Part shown: positions 19,005 through 29,662 of the stretch, in pieces
Layout of the letters: each line of letters opens with the position of its first letter
How positions within the stretch are numbered: position 1 is the first letter of the stretch
From: Fibrobacteria bacterium
GTDB lineage: Bacteria > Fibrobacterota > Fibrobacteria > UBA11236
Reading direction: 5' to 3'
Length of the DNA: 43,553 nucleotides
NCBI GenBank assembly: GCA_041746255.1
Contig: JBGTHM010000028.1
Span: 1 to 43,553, forward strand
Notes under the pieces: generated by a model
What the model saw: the letters and a program-made list of their open reading frames with translations, nothing else
Databases searched by the model: none
What the model was told of the DNA's origin: nothing
Translations under genes and position numbers: made by a program

Positions 19005-22000
19005 CTAGAAGAGCCCGAACTGGAACCCCATAAAATAGCGCGGGCTGTTGATGGCGTCAATGTAGGCATGGCGCAGTCGATTATCGGTGGCCGCATCGAT
19101 TGGTTGGAAGGGATTGCGATAATCGGAGGGGTAAAGCCTTTCTGGCCGCAAATCATTTACCGGTTGGAAGGCCTGAAAATAGGCGGTGAAGGGGAATTGG
19201 TGGTAGAGACGGAAAGTTGCCGAGAGTCGGAAGCCCACGTCTGCGAGCAAATGGTGCTCCCGGTCTTCCAGGGCGGGAATAAGCTTATCCGGGGAGCGGT
19301 TGAGCGTGAAACCCGCATTACCCAATAGGGCCAATTGCACTCGGTAGAACGAAGTCGGACCGAATGGGATTCCGAAAATCCTTTTGAGTTTGTAAGGAAA
19401 CTCCAGAGCCATGTGGGCGGAGGCGGCGGATCCGCCTTCCAGAATGTTCCTTCCTTGATAGTAAAGCGAGTAGGAATAGCCCGGTAGCCGGAAAATTCCC
19501 AGTTTGTAAGTCATGGGCCAGAGCTGACCGGCTGGGTTCTCCACGAATTCCTGCATCAGGGAATCTATGGGCCGTGGTTCCATGGGAAATTTCTCGGTGA
19601 AAAAACCGGCCTCCACCCCGGCCTTGAAAGAAAAGACGCTGTCGTGGGAGAAGGCGGTTTGCAGCCATAGGTCCAGGCTCCACGGGGAGAAGTCTGATTG
19701 AAATGCGATGGTTTCGCTCAGGGGGATGCCATTGAAGACCTGTATCACTATCAGGGGGTCGATGTTGTCTTCGAAACTGGAAGCGTATCGGGTCCACCAT
19801 TTTTGTGCGCCCAGGAAAACGGAAATACCGGTGGGAAGCGGGGTCGCGTATCGGCCTGTGCCCCACCCCCAGCCCAAAAGGGTATTGAAGTGGCGGTGGA
19901 GTGAAACATCTTCAAACAAGTGAAATTTATCGCTGCCCGTTTGTACGGTACCCGCGTCGAAATCTTCTATCCGCACCGACTGGGAAAGATCTTGCGTGAG
20001 ATTTTGTTGCCAATAACGCCCGGTCAAGAAGAAGTTGAGCGGCAAGCCCATGGTAGTTACCGCTTGATTGGTATGGTAAACGCTTTGGTACCTTTCATTA
20101 ACGGTTATCCGGGCATTCGCGTTAAGTTCAACTTCTCCGAGTATTTGGGTGTTCAGGTTGGTCGCATGGAAAGTCGAATGCGAAAATCCATAGTTGAGGT
20201 TAGGCATCCAGGAGAAAAGGTTATGGTGTATGGCTTGACGGCGTATGCCGCCGTAATAACCGAGTTCGTAGTCGAGGGGGGAGTTGAAATCAAATTGCCG
20301 ACCGATTCCGCCGACGAGATACTGGTTGTCCCCGAATATGAGATCCCCGAAAGACAATTGCAAGCCCGCGTTGAAGTGGGTGGTCAGGGTATCGGTATAG
20401 AAGCGGGGAGAGAAGGACAGGTAAGGATAAATACCCCATGCCACGCGCTTTCCGCGGTATTCTCCCGCAGCCGCGGCTTTTTCATATTCCCGGGGTTTGG
20501 GGCGCACCTCGGCTAGGGAATCACCGCTCGCGGGGATAGCGGGGTAGGCGAGACGGGTAAGACGCAAATCGAGCGGTGTCCGGTAGATTTCGAAGCGTTG
20601 GCTTTGGTAGCCCTGGTAATAAAGTTGGTTATTGGCGACCAGAGGTTCCATGGCTTGACCTCGCACTTGGGTGGCCCGGTATACGGAAGAATCACCGGGA
20701 ATTTTGGCGAAGACATTAAAGACTTGGTCCTCTTCATTGGAGGACCAAACCAGCGTATCACCATGAAAACGCAAGTCGCGGAAGGTGGCCTCTTTGAAGG
20801 GAGTGAAAAAGGTCAAGGTTTCACCTTTGGCGAGATAAAGGGAATTCGCGAACAGGGCGGAATCTTTGAGGCCGGCAAAGGGGTCAAAGGCCGCCGCCTG
20901 GGAGGAAAGGCTGACTATCGCCTCCTTTCCATTTACGCCCAGGCTGAACCAGATGGAATCTCCGGAGGGAGAGAAGCGGGGATTATAGATTTGTTGGCCC
21001 TCACGAAAGTTGGTGATTTGCCGGATGCGACCATCATTCTCCAGAACTGCGACATTGCGCGATCCCCCGTCCTGCCTGACGTATACGATTTTCTTTTCCT
21101 TGGGATGATAGGCGGCATGGGCGGCTCGTTCCCTCCAGGTCAGGCGATGCCAGCGATCGGCTTTAAATTCGTATTCCCAGATATCCTCGAAGGCGCTATT
21201 CTCTCCGCGCCGGGTGGTTAAGAGCCGGGTGTTGTCCCGGTTGAATTCCAATCCGGAGGAGCCGATTTCATCGCTGCGTTCCGAGGGATGCAGGCGTCCC
21301 GTATGATGATGCGGCTTCATTTGGGGTCGGCTGAAAATAAAGGGGCTGGGCCGCGAGGAAAGTCCAGGCGGCAGGCTGAAGGACGTTGCAGAAAAGGACT
21401 GTGCGTGATCCTTGGTACCGTGATGGCCTTGTTCATTTACGGCCCCGGCACTTTCAGGCTTGGAGGGTGCCGTATTTACCGGGTTTCCCGATTTCTGGAT
21501 TCCACCTTTCTCAAGTTCTTCCCAAAACACCCAGTTGAGTGGACCGAGTCTTTCGTCATTGCTGAGCCAAGCCCGGTACTTCCCATCGGAAGAGAGGGCC
21601 AGGCTTTGGTTGAATGAGCCGGTGGAGATTACCGGTTTGTTTTCAGCCTCTCCGGGAAAGTCGGCATATTTTTGCACCAGCGAACTTTTCCATTGCTCGT
21701 AAAGCGCGGTCAGAGACCGACCGAAGGTTTTTTGCACCGAACTGGAAAAATTGAAAATCGGCTTGGGCTCGGCCAATTGTCGGACCTTTTCGATTCCATA
21801 GCGATCCCGTAAATCCCGCAAAAAAGCATAACCCGTATTGTAAACCCTTTCGGAAGCCACCCAGTCGCCGTCGAAAGTTTCGATATCGGCCAGCGACGGC
21901 AAGGTTTTAGTGAAAAATGCGTCGCGGACAATCATGTCGCGTTGGGAGTCCCAGGTATCATAACCATGTTGTTCCGCTTCCAATTGGGCGATGCCTTCGA

Positions 22001-22502
22001 CATACCAGTTCGGCGCCACCAGGGGTATCCACGCGAATCCGAAGCCGTAATTGACCGCCCGGTTGTAAGTGTATGCGTTCACTTCGACGGCATCGATGGG
22101 CGACAACCAGGCGGCGCGCCGCAAGGAGAAAATGTGCGCCAATTCGTGGGTCACGACGTTGCCGACCCAGTTGGCTCTTCCGCGCATCACCCAGTCCAGA
22201 TGGGGGGCGTAAATGACGACGCGCGAAAGGCTGTAGATGGCATTGCCGTTGGCGTCATCCGAGTGGTCGGTCAGGAAGATATCGATGGTTTTGTAACTAT
22301 CGTAGCTGTCATACGCTCTGGCCAGAGTCGGCCAAACGGTTTCGGCTATTTGTAACACTTCTCCCGCCAATTGCTTATGCTTTTTTTCGAAATGGATGCG
22401 ATAATGCGTCGACTCCAACGATTGCAGGGGTTGCGCGGAAATAATCGTCGGGAGCATGAAGGCAAGCAACAGGGGAATGTAAAAATGGATGCGATTCGGC
22501 AT
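19005..22502 (-). CDS. Large secreted/outer-membrane protein: HExxH gluzincin-like domain + TolB-like propeller + probable C-terminal beta-barrel
   Basis: Signal peptide from MPNR (ORF track starts at 22547), VVTHELAH...PNWYVEGIA, PD40-like NPRFSPSG, aromatic-rich C-terminal half and a terminal Phe (FMGFQFGLF). Confidence 0.65.
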   Translation of the reverse strand: MPNRIHFYIPLLLAFMLPTIISAQPLQSLESTHYRIHFEKKHKQLAGEVLQIAETVWPTLARAYDSYDSYKTIDIFLTDHSDDANGNAIYSLSRVVIYAPHLDWVMRGRANWVGNVVTHELAHIFSLRRAAWLSPIDAVEVNAYTYNRAVNYGFGFAWIPLVAPNWYVEGIAQLEAEQHGYDTWDSQRDMIVRDAFFTKTLPSLADIETFDGDWVASERVYNTGYAFLRDLRDRYGIEKVRQLAEPKPIFNFSSSVQKTFGRSLTALYEQWKSSLVQKYADFPGEAENKPVISTGSFNQSLALSSDGKYRAWLSNDERLGPLNWVFWEELEKGGIQKSGNPVNTAPSKPESAGAVNEQGHHGTKDHAQSFSATSFSLPPGLSSRPSPFIFSRPQMKPHHHTGRLHPSERSDEIGSSGLEFNRDNTRLLTTRRGENSAFEDIWEYEFKADRWHRLTWRERAAHAAYHPKEKKIVYVRQDGGSRNVAVLENDGRIRQITNFREGQQIYNPRFSPSGDSIWFSLGVNGKEAIVSLSSQAAAFDPFAGLKDSALFANSLYLAKGETLTFFTPFKEATFRDLRFHGDTLVWSSNEEDQVFNVFAKIPGDSSVYRATQVRGQAMEPLVANNQLYYQGYQSQRFEIYRTPLDLRLTRLAYPAIPASGDSLAEVRPKPREYEKAAAAGEYRGKRVAWGIYPYLSFSPRFYTDTLTTHFNAGLQLSFGDLIFGDNQYLVGGIGRQFDFNSPLDYELGYYGGIRRQAIHHNLFSWMPNLNYGFSHSTFHATNLNTQILGEVELNANARITVNERYQSVYHTNQAVTTMGLPLNFFLTGRYWQQNLTQDLSQSVRIEDFDAGTVQTGSDKFHLFEDVSLHRHFNTLLGWGWGTGRYATPLPTGISVFLGAQKWWTRYASSFEDNIDPLIVIQVFNGIPLSETIAFQSDFSPWSLDLWLQTAFSHDSVFSFKAGVEAGFFTEKFPMEPRPIDSLMQEFVENPAGQLWPMTYKLGIFRLPGYSYSLYYQGRNILEGGSAASAHMALEFPYKLKRIFGIPFGPTSFYRVQLALLGNAGFTLNRSPDKLIPALEDREHHLLADVGFRLSATFRLYHQFPFTAYFQAFQPVNDLRPERLYPSDYRNPFQPIDAATDNRLRHAYIDAINSPRYFMGFQFGLF

Positions 22503-22565
22503 GGATTGACCTTCCTGCGGAAAAATGATTAAGGGGATGCGTTTCACATTGTCCCGAACCCTGGG

Positions 22566-23447
22566 TTATGCAAACTTAGCCATTATTTGCCAGGCCTGTC
22601 GGCGATACCCGCCTCCAAACAGCAGGGCATGGTTCAGTAAATGCAGGAGCTGGTGGATTTCCACTCTCTGTTTCCAATCCGATGGAAGGGCGTAGTGCTC
22701 GTGGTATGCGGAAAAAACAGTCTCCGGAAAGCCTCCAAATAGCAGCATCATGGCCAGCTCCGCCTCCCTATCCGCGAAATAGGCGGCGGGATCGATTATC
22801 GCCGGACCCCCCGTGGAAAAGAAAAAATTGCCGCTCCACAAATCTCCGTGTATGAGGCTGGGTTTAGGGGAGGCGTTGAGCAGTGCGGGTAGGTTTTTCA
22901 GGAATGCTTGGGCGGTTTGCTTCTCTTGGACATCCATTGGGGTAGTAAGCGCCTTGATAAGGGGAGCAATGCGGTGTTGGGTGTAAAATTCCGGCCAGGA
23001 TACCGTCCAGGAATTGGATTGGGGAGTGGCCCCCAGATAATTGTCATGGAAAAAACCGAAAGCTTTCGCCTGTTTTTGGTGTAGGGTTGCCAGGCCACTA
23101 CCCAAAGCTTCCCAATCGGCGCGTTGGGGTGGTTTCTGCGCGGGTTCCAAATATTCGAGGCAAATGAAGGAAGGGGTTTCACCGGGGTCGGAGAGCAATA
23201 TTGCTTGGGGGACGACAAGCCCGCAATCCGCCTCCCGTAAGTGGCGCAAAGCCTGCGCTTCCCGCGCGAACAGATCGGGGGGCGCCTGATGATTCCATTT
23301 GGCCACCAAAAATCCCCTATCGGTTTCGATGCGTGCGGCATGGTTGATGCAGCCTCCCGATAAGGTCGTAAGTCCCAGAATCCGGGAACCCGAATATTCC
23401 GGAACGCTTTGCAGCCGGTTTTGCAAATGCTGTTCCCAGCCCGACAT
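22566..23447 (-). CDS. Fructosamine/ketosamine-3-kinase family protein
   Basis: SGGCINHA, FGFFHDNYLGATPQSN, PSLIHGDLWSGN, DPA.Y..REAELAM and LLNHALLFGGGY. Start MSGW at 23447 with a GGAGGAG SD. Confidence 0.92.
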   Translation of the reverse strand: MSGWEQHLQNRLQSVPEYSGSRILGLTTLSGGCINHAARIETDRGFLVAKWNHQAPPDLFAREAQALRHLREADCGLVVPQAILLSDPGETPSFICLEYLEPAQKPPQRADWEALGSGLATLHQKQAKAFGFFHDNYLGATPQSNSWTVSWPEFYTQHRIAPLIKALTTPMDVQEKQTAQAFLKNLPALLNASPKPSLIHGDLWSGNFFFSTGGPAIIDPAAYFADREAELAMMLLFGGFPETVFSAYHEHYALPSDWKQRVEIHQLLHLLNHALLFGGGYRRQAWQIMAKFA

Positions 23448-23452
23448 AAAAC

Positions 23453-23956
23453 CTAGGGCTCCTCCTTTTTGAGAAGGGAAGCCATTAAATTTCGGCAACA
23501 GCGCGCCTGGATAAGGAAGATGTCGTGAAAATGGCTTTCATCGCCATAATAGGGATCGGGGACATCCTTACCTCGATGTGCGCTATCGTCATAATAGCGT
23601 AACAAACGGATCTTGGAGCGATGTTCAGGGGGGCTGAGATGAAGCAAGTCGCGCCGGTTCTGGGTATCCATGCACAGCAGCAGGTCGAATTCGAAAAAAT
23701 CGGAAGGCTTTACCTGCCGACCGAGGGTGTCCATAGGAACCTTGTTTTCCTTCGCTACGCGCAAAGCACGGGGATCGGGAGGCTCGCCGCAATGCCAACT
23801 CCCGGTGCCCGCCGACTCGATGCGGAAGGCGCGGGCCTGGTCAGCGGTGAGGTCGCCATTTTCTTCGGCCTCCGCAATCAATTTTTTGAAAATTCCCTCC
23901 GCAAGCGGGGAACGGCAGATATTCCCCAGGCAAACGAAAAGCACTTTAGTCCTCAT
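23453..23956 (-). CDS. Low-molecular-weight protein-tyrosine phosphatase family protein
   Basis: VLFVCLGNICRSPLAE P-loop, SAGT and DVPDPYYG. Confidence 0.95.
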   Translation of the reverse strand: MRTKVLFVCLGNICRSPLAEGIFKKLIAEAEENGDLTADQARAFRIESAGTGSWHCGEPPDPRALRVAKENKVPMDTLGRQVKPSDFFEFDLLLCMDTQNRRDLLHLSPPEHRSKIRLLRYYDDSAHRGKDVPDPYYGDESHFHDIFLIQARCCRNLMASLLKKEEP

Positions 23957-24747
23957 CGTCCGAGCAATTCCCTCAGTTTATTTCCGGGATCCTTTTCGCG
24001 CATCAGGCTTTCGCCCACCAAGGCGGCCGCGACATCCTCCCGTTTCAGATCTTCCATATCGGTAGTGGTGAAAATACCCGATTCGGAAATCACGGGAATT
24101 CCGGCGGGAATGAGCGGGCGTAACTTCCACGTTACTTCCAGGGAGGTGATGAAAGTGCGCAAATCGCGATTGTTGATGCCGATTAATTCCGCTCCGGCGG
24201 CCAGCGCGCTTTCCGCTTCGCGGCGGTTATGGATTTCCACTAGGGCGGACATCCCCAGGTCTTTTCCCAGGGCAATGAATTCGCGCAGGGTAGGGGCGTC
24301 CAGACAGGCGGCGATAAGCAAGAAAGCCGAAGCTCCCAGCGCCCGCGCCTCGTAGATTTGATAGGCGTCGACGATGAAATCCTTGCGTAGGCAGGGCAAA
24401 TCCACCCGCGCGGCGATTTCGCGCAGGTATTCGTCATGGCCCTGGAAATGATCCTGTTCCGTTAGAACGGATAAGGCCGTCGCACCCGCCTCGGCATATA
24501 TCTTTGCGATTTCCAGTGGATGGAAATCGGCGCGAATTACTCCCTTGGAAGGAGATGCCTTTTTCACCTCGGCGATGATATGGATGCCCGCTGGCGAAGG
24601 CGTGGAAAGCGCTTGCTTGAAATCCAGGCGCGGGGGAGGCTGGGCCGCAGCCAGCGCCTTCAGTTGGGACAGCGGAACCAGGGCCCGCGCTTCGTCGAGG
24701 CGCAGCCTGCGGGCTTTGATAATGGTATCGAGAATATTTTCCGCCAA
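23953..24747 (-). CDS. trpC: Indole-3-glycerol phosphate synthase
   Basis: IIAEVKKASPSKG, LRKDFI, GINNRDL and SESGI. Likely TTG start at 24747 with an AGGA SD. Confidence 0.96.
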   Translation of the reverse strand: MAENILDTIIKARRLRLDEARALVPLSQLKALAAAQPPPRLDFKQALSTPSPAGIHIIAEVKKASPSKGVIRADFHPLEIAKIYAEAGATALSVLTEQDHFQGHDEYLREIAARVDLPCLRKDFIVDAYQIYEARALGASAFLLIAACLDAPTLREFIALGKDLGMSALVEIHNRREAESALAAGAELIGINNRDLRTFITSLEVTWKLRPLIPAGIPVISESGIFTTTDMEDLKREDVAAALVGESLMREKDPGNKLRELLGR

Positions 24748-24758
24748 CTTCTTTATTC

Positions 24759-25778
24759 CTAGCTCACCGCTTGGGTGAATTTCGCCCACTCTTCCAGCTT
24801 GGCCTGCGCAGCTCCGGAAGCCACGGCCGCGCGGGCTTTTTCAATGCCCGCGGGGATATCGGATACGACTCCACCCACATACAAGGCCGCGCCTGCGTTG
24901 ATAAGCACGATGTCCAGCGCGGGGCCCTGCTTTCCCGTGAAAAGCGAGCGTAGCAAGGCGGCGTTCGTAGCGGGATCGCCGCCTTTCAAATCCGCCAGTT
25001 CGCACAGCGAAAAGCCGAAGTCTTGAGGGTTAAGAATGTATTCGTTCAACTCCCCGTTTTTAAGTTCGGTGATTTTGGTGGGAGCGGTCAAGGTGATTTC
25101 ATCCAAACCGTCGGTGCCGGCAACCACCAAAACGTGCTCGGAACCGGTATCGCGCAAAACCTCGGCCAACGTGCGCGTTAAACGGAAATCGTAGACGCCC
25201 ACAATCTGGCGTTTCGCGCGCGCGGGGTTCAGCATGGGGCCAAGCAGGTTGAAAATAGTGCGCTGTCCCAACTCCTGCCGTGGGCCGATAACATGCTTCA
25301 TAGCCGAATGAAGCCGTGGCGCATAGAGAAAACCGATGCCGCAGGCATCGATGGAGGCTCCTACCTGTTCCGGCGTAAGCTCCAGGTTCACGCCCAGCTC
25401 TTGCAGTACGTTGGCGCTGCCGCAACTGCTGCTGACGGCGCGATTGCCGTGCTTGGCCACGGCGACACCCCCGGCCGCGGCCACGATGGCGCTGGCGGTG
25501 GAAATATTGAAAGACCCCGAGTGATCGCCGCCCGTTCCACAGGTATCGATGAGGGGAGTTTTGGAAGTGGGAACCGCAGTGGCTTTCTGGCGAAGCAAGG
25601 TCACCGCTGCCGCGATTTCGACCGGGGTTTCCCCTTTGATGCGTAGGCCGATAAGAAAGGCCCCGATTTGCGCCGGAGTCCACTCGCCTTCCATGATGCC
25701 GCGCATGGCGGATTGCATTTCTTCGAAGGCGAGATCTAGGCCTTCAATCAATTTTCCAATCAGAGCGGATGTCGTCAT
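24759..25778 (-). CDS. trpD: Anthranilate phosphoribosyltransferase
   Basis: DTCGTGGD, FNIST, KHGNRAVSS and RTIFNLLGP. Confidence 0.97.
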   Translation of the reverse strand: MTTSALIGKLIEGLDLAFEEMQSAMRGIMEGEWTPAQIGAFLIGLRIKGETPVEIAAAVTLLRQKATAVPTSKTPLIDTCGTGGDHSGSFNISTASAIVAAAGGVAVAKHGNRAVSSSCGSANVLQELGVNLELTPEQVGASIDACGIGFLYAPRLHSAMKHVIGPRQELGQRTIFNLLGPMLNPARAKRQIVGVYDFRLTRTLAEVLRDTGSEHVLVVAGTDGLDEITLTAPTKITELKNGELNEYILNPQDFGFSLCELADLKGGDPATNAALLRSLFTGKQGPALDIVLINAGAALYVGGVVSDIPAGIEKARAAVASGAAQAKLEEWAKFTQAVS

Positions 25779-25779
25779 G

Positions 25780-26352
25780 TCAGTTTCCTTGCATCTCGAG
25801 AAAATTGGCCAGCAGGGTTTTACCGTATTCGGTCAAAATGGATTCCGGATGGAATTGCACGCCGTGCACGGGCCGGTTTTTGTGACTAAGTCCCATAATC
25901 AGTCCGTCGGGGGATTCCGCCGTCACTTCCAGAATGTCCGGCAGCCCTTGGCGGGAGACTATGAGGGAGTGATAACGCGTGGCGGTAAAAGTTTTGGGAA
26001 GGCCGGTGAAGAGACCGGTTTGCCAGGTGGTGATGGTCGAAGTCTTGCCGTGCATGGGTTCGGGCGCGCGGACAACCTGGCCACCAAAAGCCTCGCCGAT
26101 GGACTGATGGCCCAGACAAACTCCGAGAATGGGAAGGGAGGCCGGGGCCTGACGAATAAGCTCTACGGAAATACCCGCCTCTTTAGGAGTGCAGGGTCCG
26201 GGAGAAATGACGATATGCGTGGGGTTTAGGGCCAGGGCTTCGCCCACTCCGATTTGATCGTTACGGACCACTTTGAGGTCGGAATTGATTTCGCCCAGGT
26301 ATTGCACCAGATTGTAGGTGAAGGAGTCGTAGTTATCGATGATCAAAATCAT
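25780..26352 (-). CDS. trpG: Anthranilate synthase component II (glutamine amidotransferase)
   Basis: [31 protein letters not shown] and QFHPES. Confidence 0.96.
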   Translation of the reverse strand: MILIIDNYDSFTYNLVQYLGEINSDLKVVRNDQIGVGEALALNPTHIVISPGPCTPKEAGISVELIRQAPASLPILGVCLGHQSIGEAFGGQVVRAPEPMHGKTSTITTWQTGLFTGLPKTFTATRYHSLIVSRQGLPDILEVTAESPDGLIMGLSHKNRPVHGVQFHPESILTEYGKTLLANFLEMQGN

Positions 26353-26374
26353 GGCCGCCTCGAACTTCCCATCC

Positions 26375-27847
26375 CTATACTTGCGCAGCCAATTCGACGG
26401 CTTTAATCAAGGCGCGGGCCTTGTGCCGGGTTTCCTCGAATTCCATGTGGGGATTCGAATCGGCCACCACTCCGCCACCCGCTTGGACGTATGCGACTCC
26501 GTCTTTCAGCACCATGGTGCGGATGGCGATGCAAGAGTCGAGATTACCCCGGAAATCCATGTAGCAAATGGCGCCGCCGTAAAGTCCCCTTACCGTGGGT
26601 TCCAAAGTGTCGATGATTTCCATGGCGCGGATTTTAGGCGCTCCGGAAAGCGTACCCGCGGGAAGGCAGGACATGAGCGCGTCCAGCGGATGGATATCGG
26701 CGCGCAACTTTCCTTTGACCACCGAAACGATATGCATGACATGGCTCAAATGCTGTATGCCCATGAATTCGGTTACCGAAACGCTGCCGATTTCCGAAAT
26801 GCGCCCGATATCATTGCGTCCCAAATCGACCAGCATCAGATGCTCGGCCAATTCCTTGGCGTCGGCCAGCAATTCCTTTTCCAGCGCTTTGTCTTCGGCG
26901 TCGTCGGCGCCGCGGGGCCGGGTTCCCGCTATGGGTTTGGTTTCGGCGATGCCGGCGGAAACCTTCACCAGGGTTTCGGGTGAAGCGCCGATGATTTCGA
27001 AATCGCCGTAATCGAGATAGTACATGTACGGTGAGGGATTGATGCTGCGAAGCGCCCGGTAAATCCGGAGGCCGTCGACTCCCGGCCGCGAGGAGAACCG
27101 CTGCGAGGGCACGATTTGAAAGGCGTCGCCCGCGCGGATGTATTCCTTGCAGGTTTCCACCGCCGCTTTGAAGCCCTCCTCGGTGAAATTGGAACTCCAC
27201 GACACCTCGGGCGAAGCGACGGCGCCTTGCGCCACCTGGGCCGGGAGGGGTTGCCGGAGGATTTTTTCCAAGGCTTCGATTCCGGCCACCGCCTGGGCGT
27301 ATGCTTCGTCCACGCTGCCATATTCTTCGGGAAGCACATTGGAAACGAGCAGCAGGTTATGCTTCAAATGATCGAACACCAGACAAGATTCATAAAGGCC
27401 GAAATGCAAATCGGGCAAATTGAAATCGTCCCGGCCGGAACAGGGTATTTTTTCGACCAGACGAATGGCGTCGTAGCAAACGAAACCGACCGCGCCGCCG
27501 GCGAAGGGCGGCAGACCTTCGTCTCCCACGGCCCGGAAACGATTTTGGAAAAGTTTCAATTCCTCCAACGGATTGCCGGTGAAATCGCGGTTCTCCCTTC
27601 CACGTAGTTGGATTTTTTCACCTTTGGCTTGGAAGGTGGTCAGGGGATTGCATCCCAAAAAGGAATACCGAGCCCGTTTCTCACCGACTTCCACGCTTTC
27701 CAGCAGAAACACGTTGTTGCCTTTTTGTTTTAGCTTGATAAGGGCGGTGATGGGAGTTTCCAGATCGGACAAGTGCTCCCGAAAAAGCGGGATGACGGTT
27801 CCCTGTTTCGCGAGTTTTCTCACTTCGTCTAGGGTACGCAGGTTCAA
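26375..27847 (-). CDS. trpE: Anthranilate synthase component I
   Basis: [31 protein letters not shown] and [13 protein letters not shown] start. Confidence 0.96.
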   Translation of the reverse strand: MNLRTLDEVRKLAKQGTVIPLFREHLSDLETPITALIKLKQKGNNVFLLESVEVGEKRARYSFLGCNPLTTFQAKGEKIQLRGRENRDFTGNPLEELKLFQNRFRAVGDEGLPPFAGGAVGFVCYDAIRLVEKIPCSGRDDFNLPDLHFGLYESCLVFDHLKHNLLLVSNVLPEEYGSVDEAYAQAVAGIEALEKILRQPLPAQVAQGAVASPEVSWSSNFTEEGFKAAVETCKEYIRAGDAFQIVPSQRFSSRPGVDGLRIYRALRSINPSPYMYYLDYGDFEIIGASPETLVKVSAGIAETKPIAGTRPRGADDAEDKALEKELLADAKELAEHLMLVDLGRNDIGRISEIGSVSVTEFMGIQHLSHVMHIVSVVKGKLRADIHPLDALMSCLPAGTLSGAPKIRAMEIIDTLEPTVRGLYGGAICYMDFRGNLDSCIAIRTMVLKDGVAYVQAGGGVVADSNPHMEFEETRHKARALIKAVELAAQV

Positions 27848-27954
27848 AATGCCGTCCTTGGGGAGTTGAGATCCGATGGTCAGTATATATAGGGATATTT
27901 ACACTAATTTCTGGGTTTTGGAAGGGGTGGCGGACGGCTGGAAAGGCTCTCCGG

Positions 27955-29640
27955 ATGTATTATCTTGAAGTGCTGCTTATGACGGGTTTTTTCACGCGCT
28001 CTCGACGGGTTCCCTGGGGAATTGGCCAGACCATGGGCCTGGTAATGGGAATCTCCTTATCCCTATTTGCTCCGTTGGTCAGCGCGGCTCCGGATCATTC
28101 CGGTAAAAGCAAAGTCTGGATTCATTTGCGCGACAAAGGCGCTCCGCCCGCCTCTTCACAACGGGTCGAAGAGGGGAAGCCTCTTTTTGGGCCCTATCTT
28201 GAGGAAATAGCCCGGGCAGGTGCCACCCTTGAAGTGGAATTGAAGTGGCAAAACGCCGTTTCCGCCTGGGTGGACCCGCCGACGCGTGAAAGAGTCTCCC
28301 GCTTAGATTTTGTATCATCTGTAACGGAATTTCCTAAAAAGGCGCATGCCCCACTCCCTGTCCCGGACTTTTCCCCGCTGACAAAAACCGGCCGGACGCA
28401 GAACAGCTTCGGACAATTTTCCACTGTCTTTAATCATGTCGGCATCGACAGCGCCCATGCCCTGCTGGAGCGCGAGGGGGCAATGCCGGGGGCGGGCCTT
28501 ACCGTGGCGATAATCGACGCCGATTTCTTTTTGGGCCATGCCTCCTTCTCCAGCTTGAAAAATTCAGGCCGAATCCGGGATCAATGGGACTTCGTCGCCA
28601 AAACCCCGGCAGCGGTGGAGCCCAACAAACTCGCTTATAGTCATGGAGGCAGCGTTCTATCGCTTTTAGCGGGTGTGCAGCCCGGCGTGCTCTCGGGAGC
28701 GGTCCCTTTCGCCGATTACCTGCTTTATCGCGCCGAAGACGACGCGAGCGAAACCTTCGTGGAAGAAGATTATGTAGCGGCGGCCATTGAGCGGGCCGTG
28801 GATTCGGGAGCTCAGGTCATCAACATCAGTTTGGGATATCGTTACGAATTTGATGAAGGAGACGATCATCCCTATGCCTGGATGGACGGCCGCACGCGGC
28901 CGGCGTCGCTGGCGGCCCTGGGCGCGGCCCGTCGTAACGTATTGGTCGTGGTATCAGTAGGTAATCTCCCCTCCCAGCCAGTTGTCGGTCCTTCGCTGGT
29001 CTCTCCGGCCGATGCCGACAGTATTTTAGCGGTGGGTATTGTGGATGCCTCATTGCAGCATTGCCTCTATTCCTGTACCGGGCCCGCGGCCGACGGCCGC
29101 ATCAAGCCCGATTTGGCTTCGGTGGGGCCGATGGCGGGGTGCCGGGTGCCCACGTCGGATACCCGCACGGAGGCGGAGTTTGAGGCGCAGGCGGGGACGA
29201 GTTTCGCCGCTCCGGTGATTGCGGCTCTGGCGGCGCTGGTCTGGCAGGCGGGCGGCTTGCCGGTGGCCCATCAAGTGCGAGGCGCGCTTATGTTGGCCGG
29301 CCATCGAGCGCAAAACCCCGATAACAACCTGGGATATGGCGTTCCGAATGCCTTGCAGGCCATTGCTCTGCTTCGCTCCGGGGGCTTGGGAATTAGGCCT
29401 GGAATGAGGCCTCACGCCCTTAGAGGGCGGAATTTAATTCGATACAGCGGCGGGAGTCATCCCATTCGCTTGCCGAGCGATTTGCAGGAAGTCCCGGGAA
29501 ATTTGGAGCTTCGCGATGCTCGGGGGCAAAGCCATCCAGTACTCGTGAAAGTGGGGGCGGTAGGTTGGGAAATATGGCCCGAAAGAAAGTTGCCGAGGGG
29601 GATTTATTGGCTGAAGGTTTTCCCCATCCTTCCCAAGTGA
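27955..29640 (+). CDS. Secreted S8 (subtilisin-family) serine peptidase with a C-terminal sorting-domain-like tail
   Basis: Catalytic triad motifs VAIIDA, SHGG and GTSFAAP; DGRIKPD and GYGVP; tail LPRGIYWLKV. The exact start is uncertain (27955, 27979 or later). Confidence 0.88.
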   Translation: MYYLEVLLMTGFFTRSRRVPWGIGQTMGLVMGISLSLFAPLVSAAPDHSGKSKVWIHLRDKGAPPASSQRVEEGKPLFGPYLEEIARAGATLEVELKWQNAVSAWVDPPTRERVSRLDFVSSVTEFPKKAHAPLPVPDFSPLTKTGRTQNSFGQFSTVFNHVGIDSAHALLEREGAMPGAGLTVAIIDADFFLGHASFSSLKNSGRIRDQWDFVAKTPAAVEPNKLAYSHGGSVLSLLAGVQPGVLSGAVPFADYLLYRAEDDASETFVEEDYVAAAIERAVDSGAQVINISLGYRYEFDEGDDHPYAWMDGRTRPASLAALGAARRNVLVVVSVGNLPSQPVVGPSLVSPADADSILAVGIVDASLQHCLYSCTGPAADGRIKPDLASVGPMAGCRVPTSDTRTEAEFEAQAGTSFAAPVIAALAALVWQAGGLPVAHQVRGALMLAGHRAQNPDNNLGYGVPNALQAIALLRSGGLGIRPGMRPHALRGRNLIRYSGGSHPIRLPSDLQEVPGNLELRDARGQSHPVLVKVGAVGWEIWPERKLPRGIYWLKVFPILPK

Positions 29641-29657
29641 TGGGACGGACGGGGGAA
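29619..29657. terminator. Hairpin between convergent genes
   Basis: TTCCCC-A-TCC-T-TCCCA / TGGGA-C-GGA-C-GGGGGAA spanning the peptidase stop codon; no U-tract. Confidence 0.35.
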
Positions 29658-29662
29658 GTCGA

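Noticed and set aside
27848..27954. trp attenuator, leader peptide or T-box upstream of trpE
   Set aside because: The divergent gap is only ~107 nt, and I see no Trp-rich leader ORF or T-box motif.
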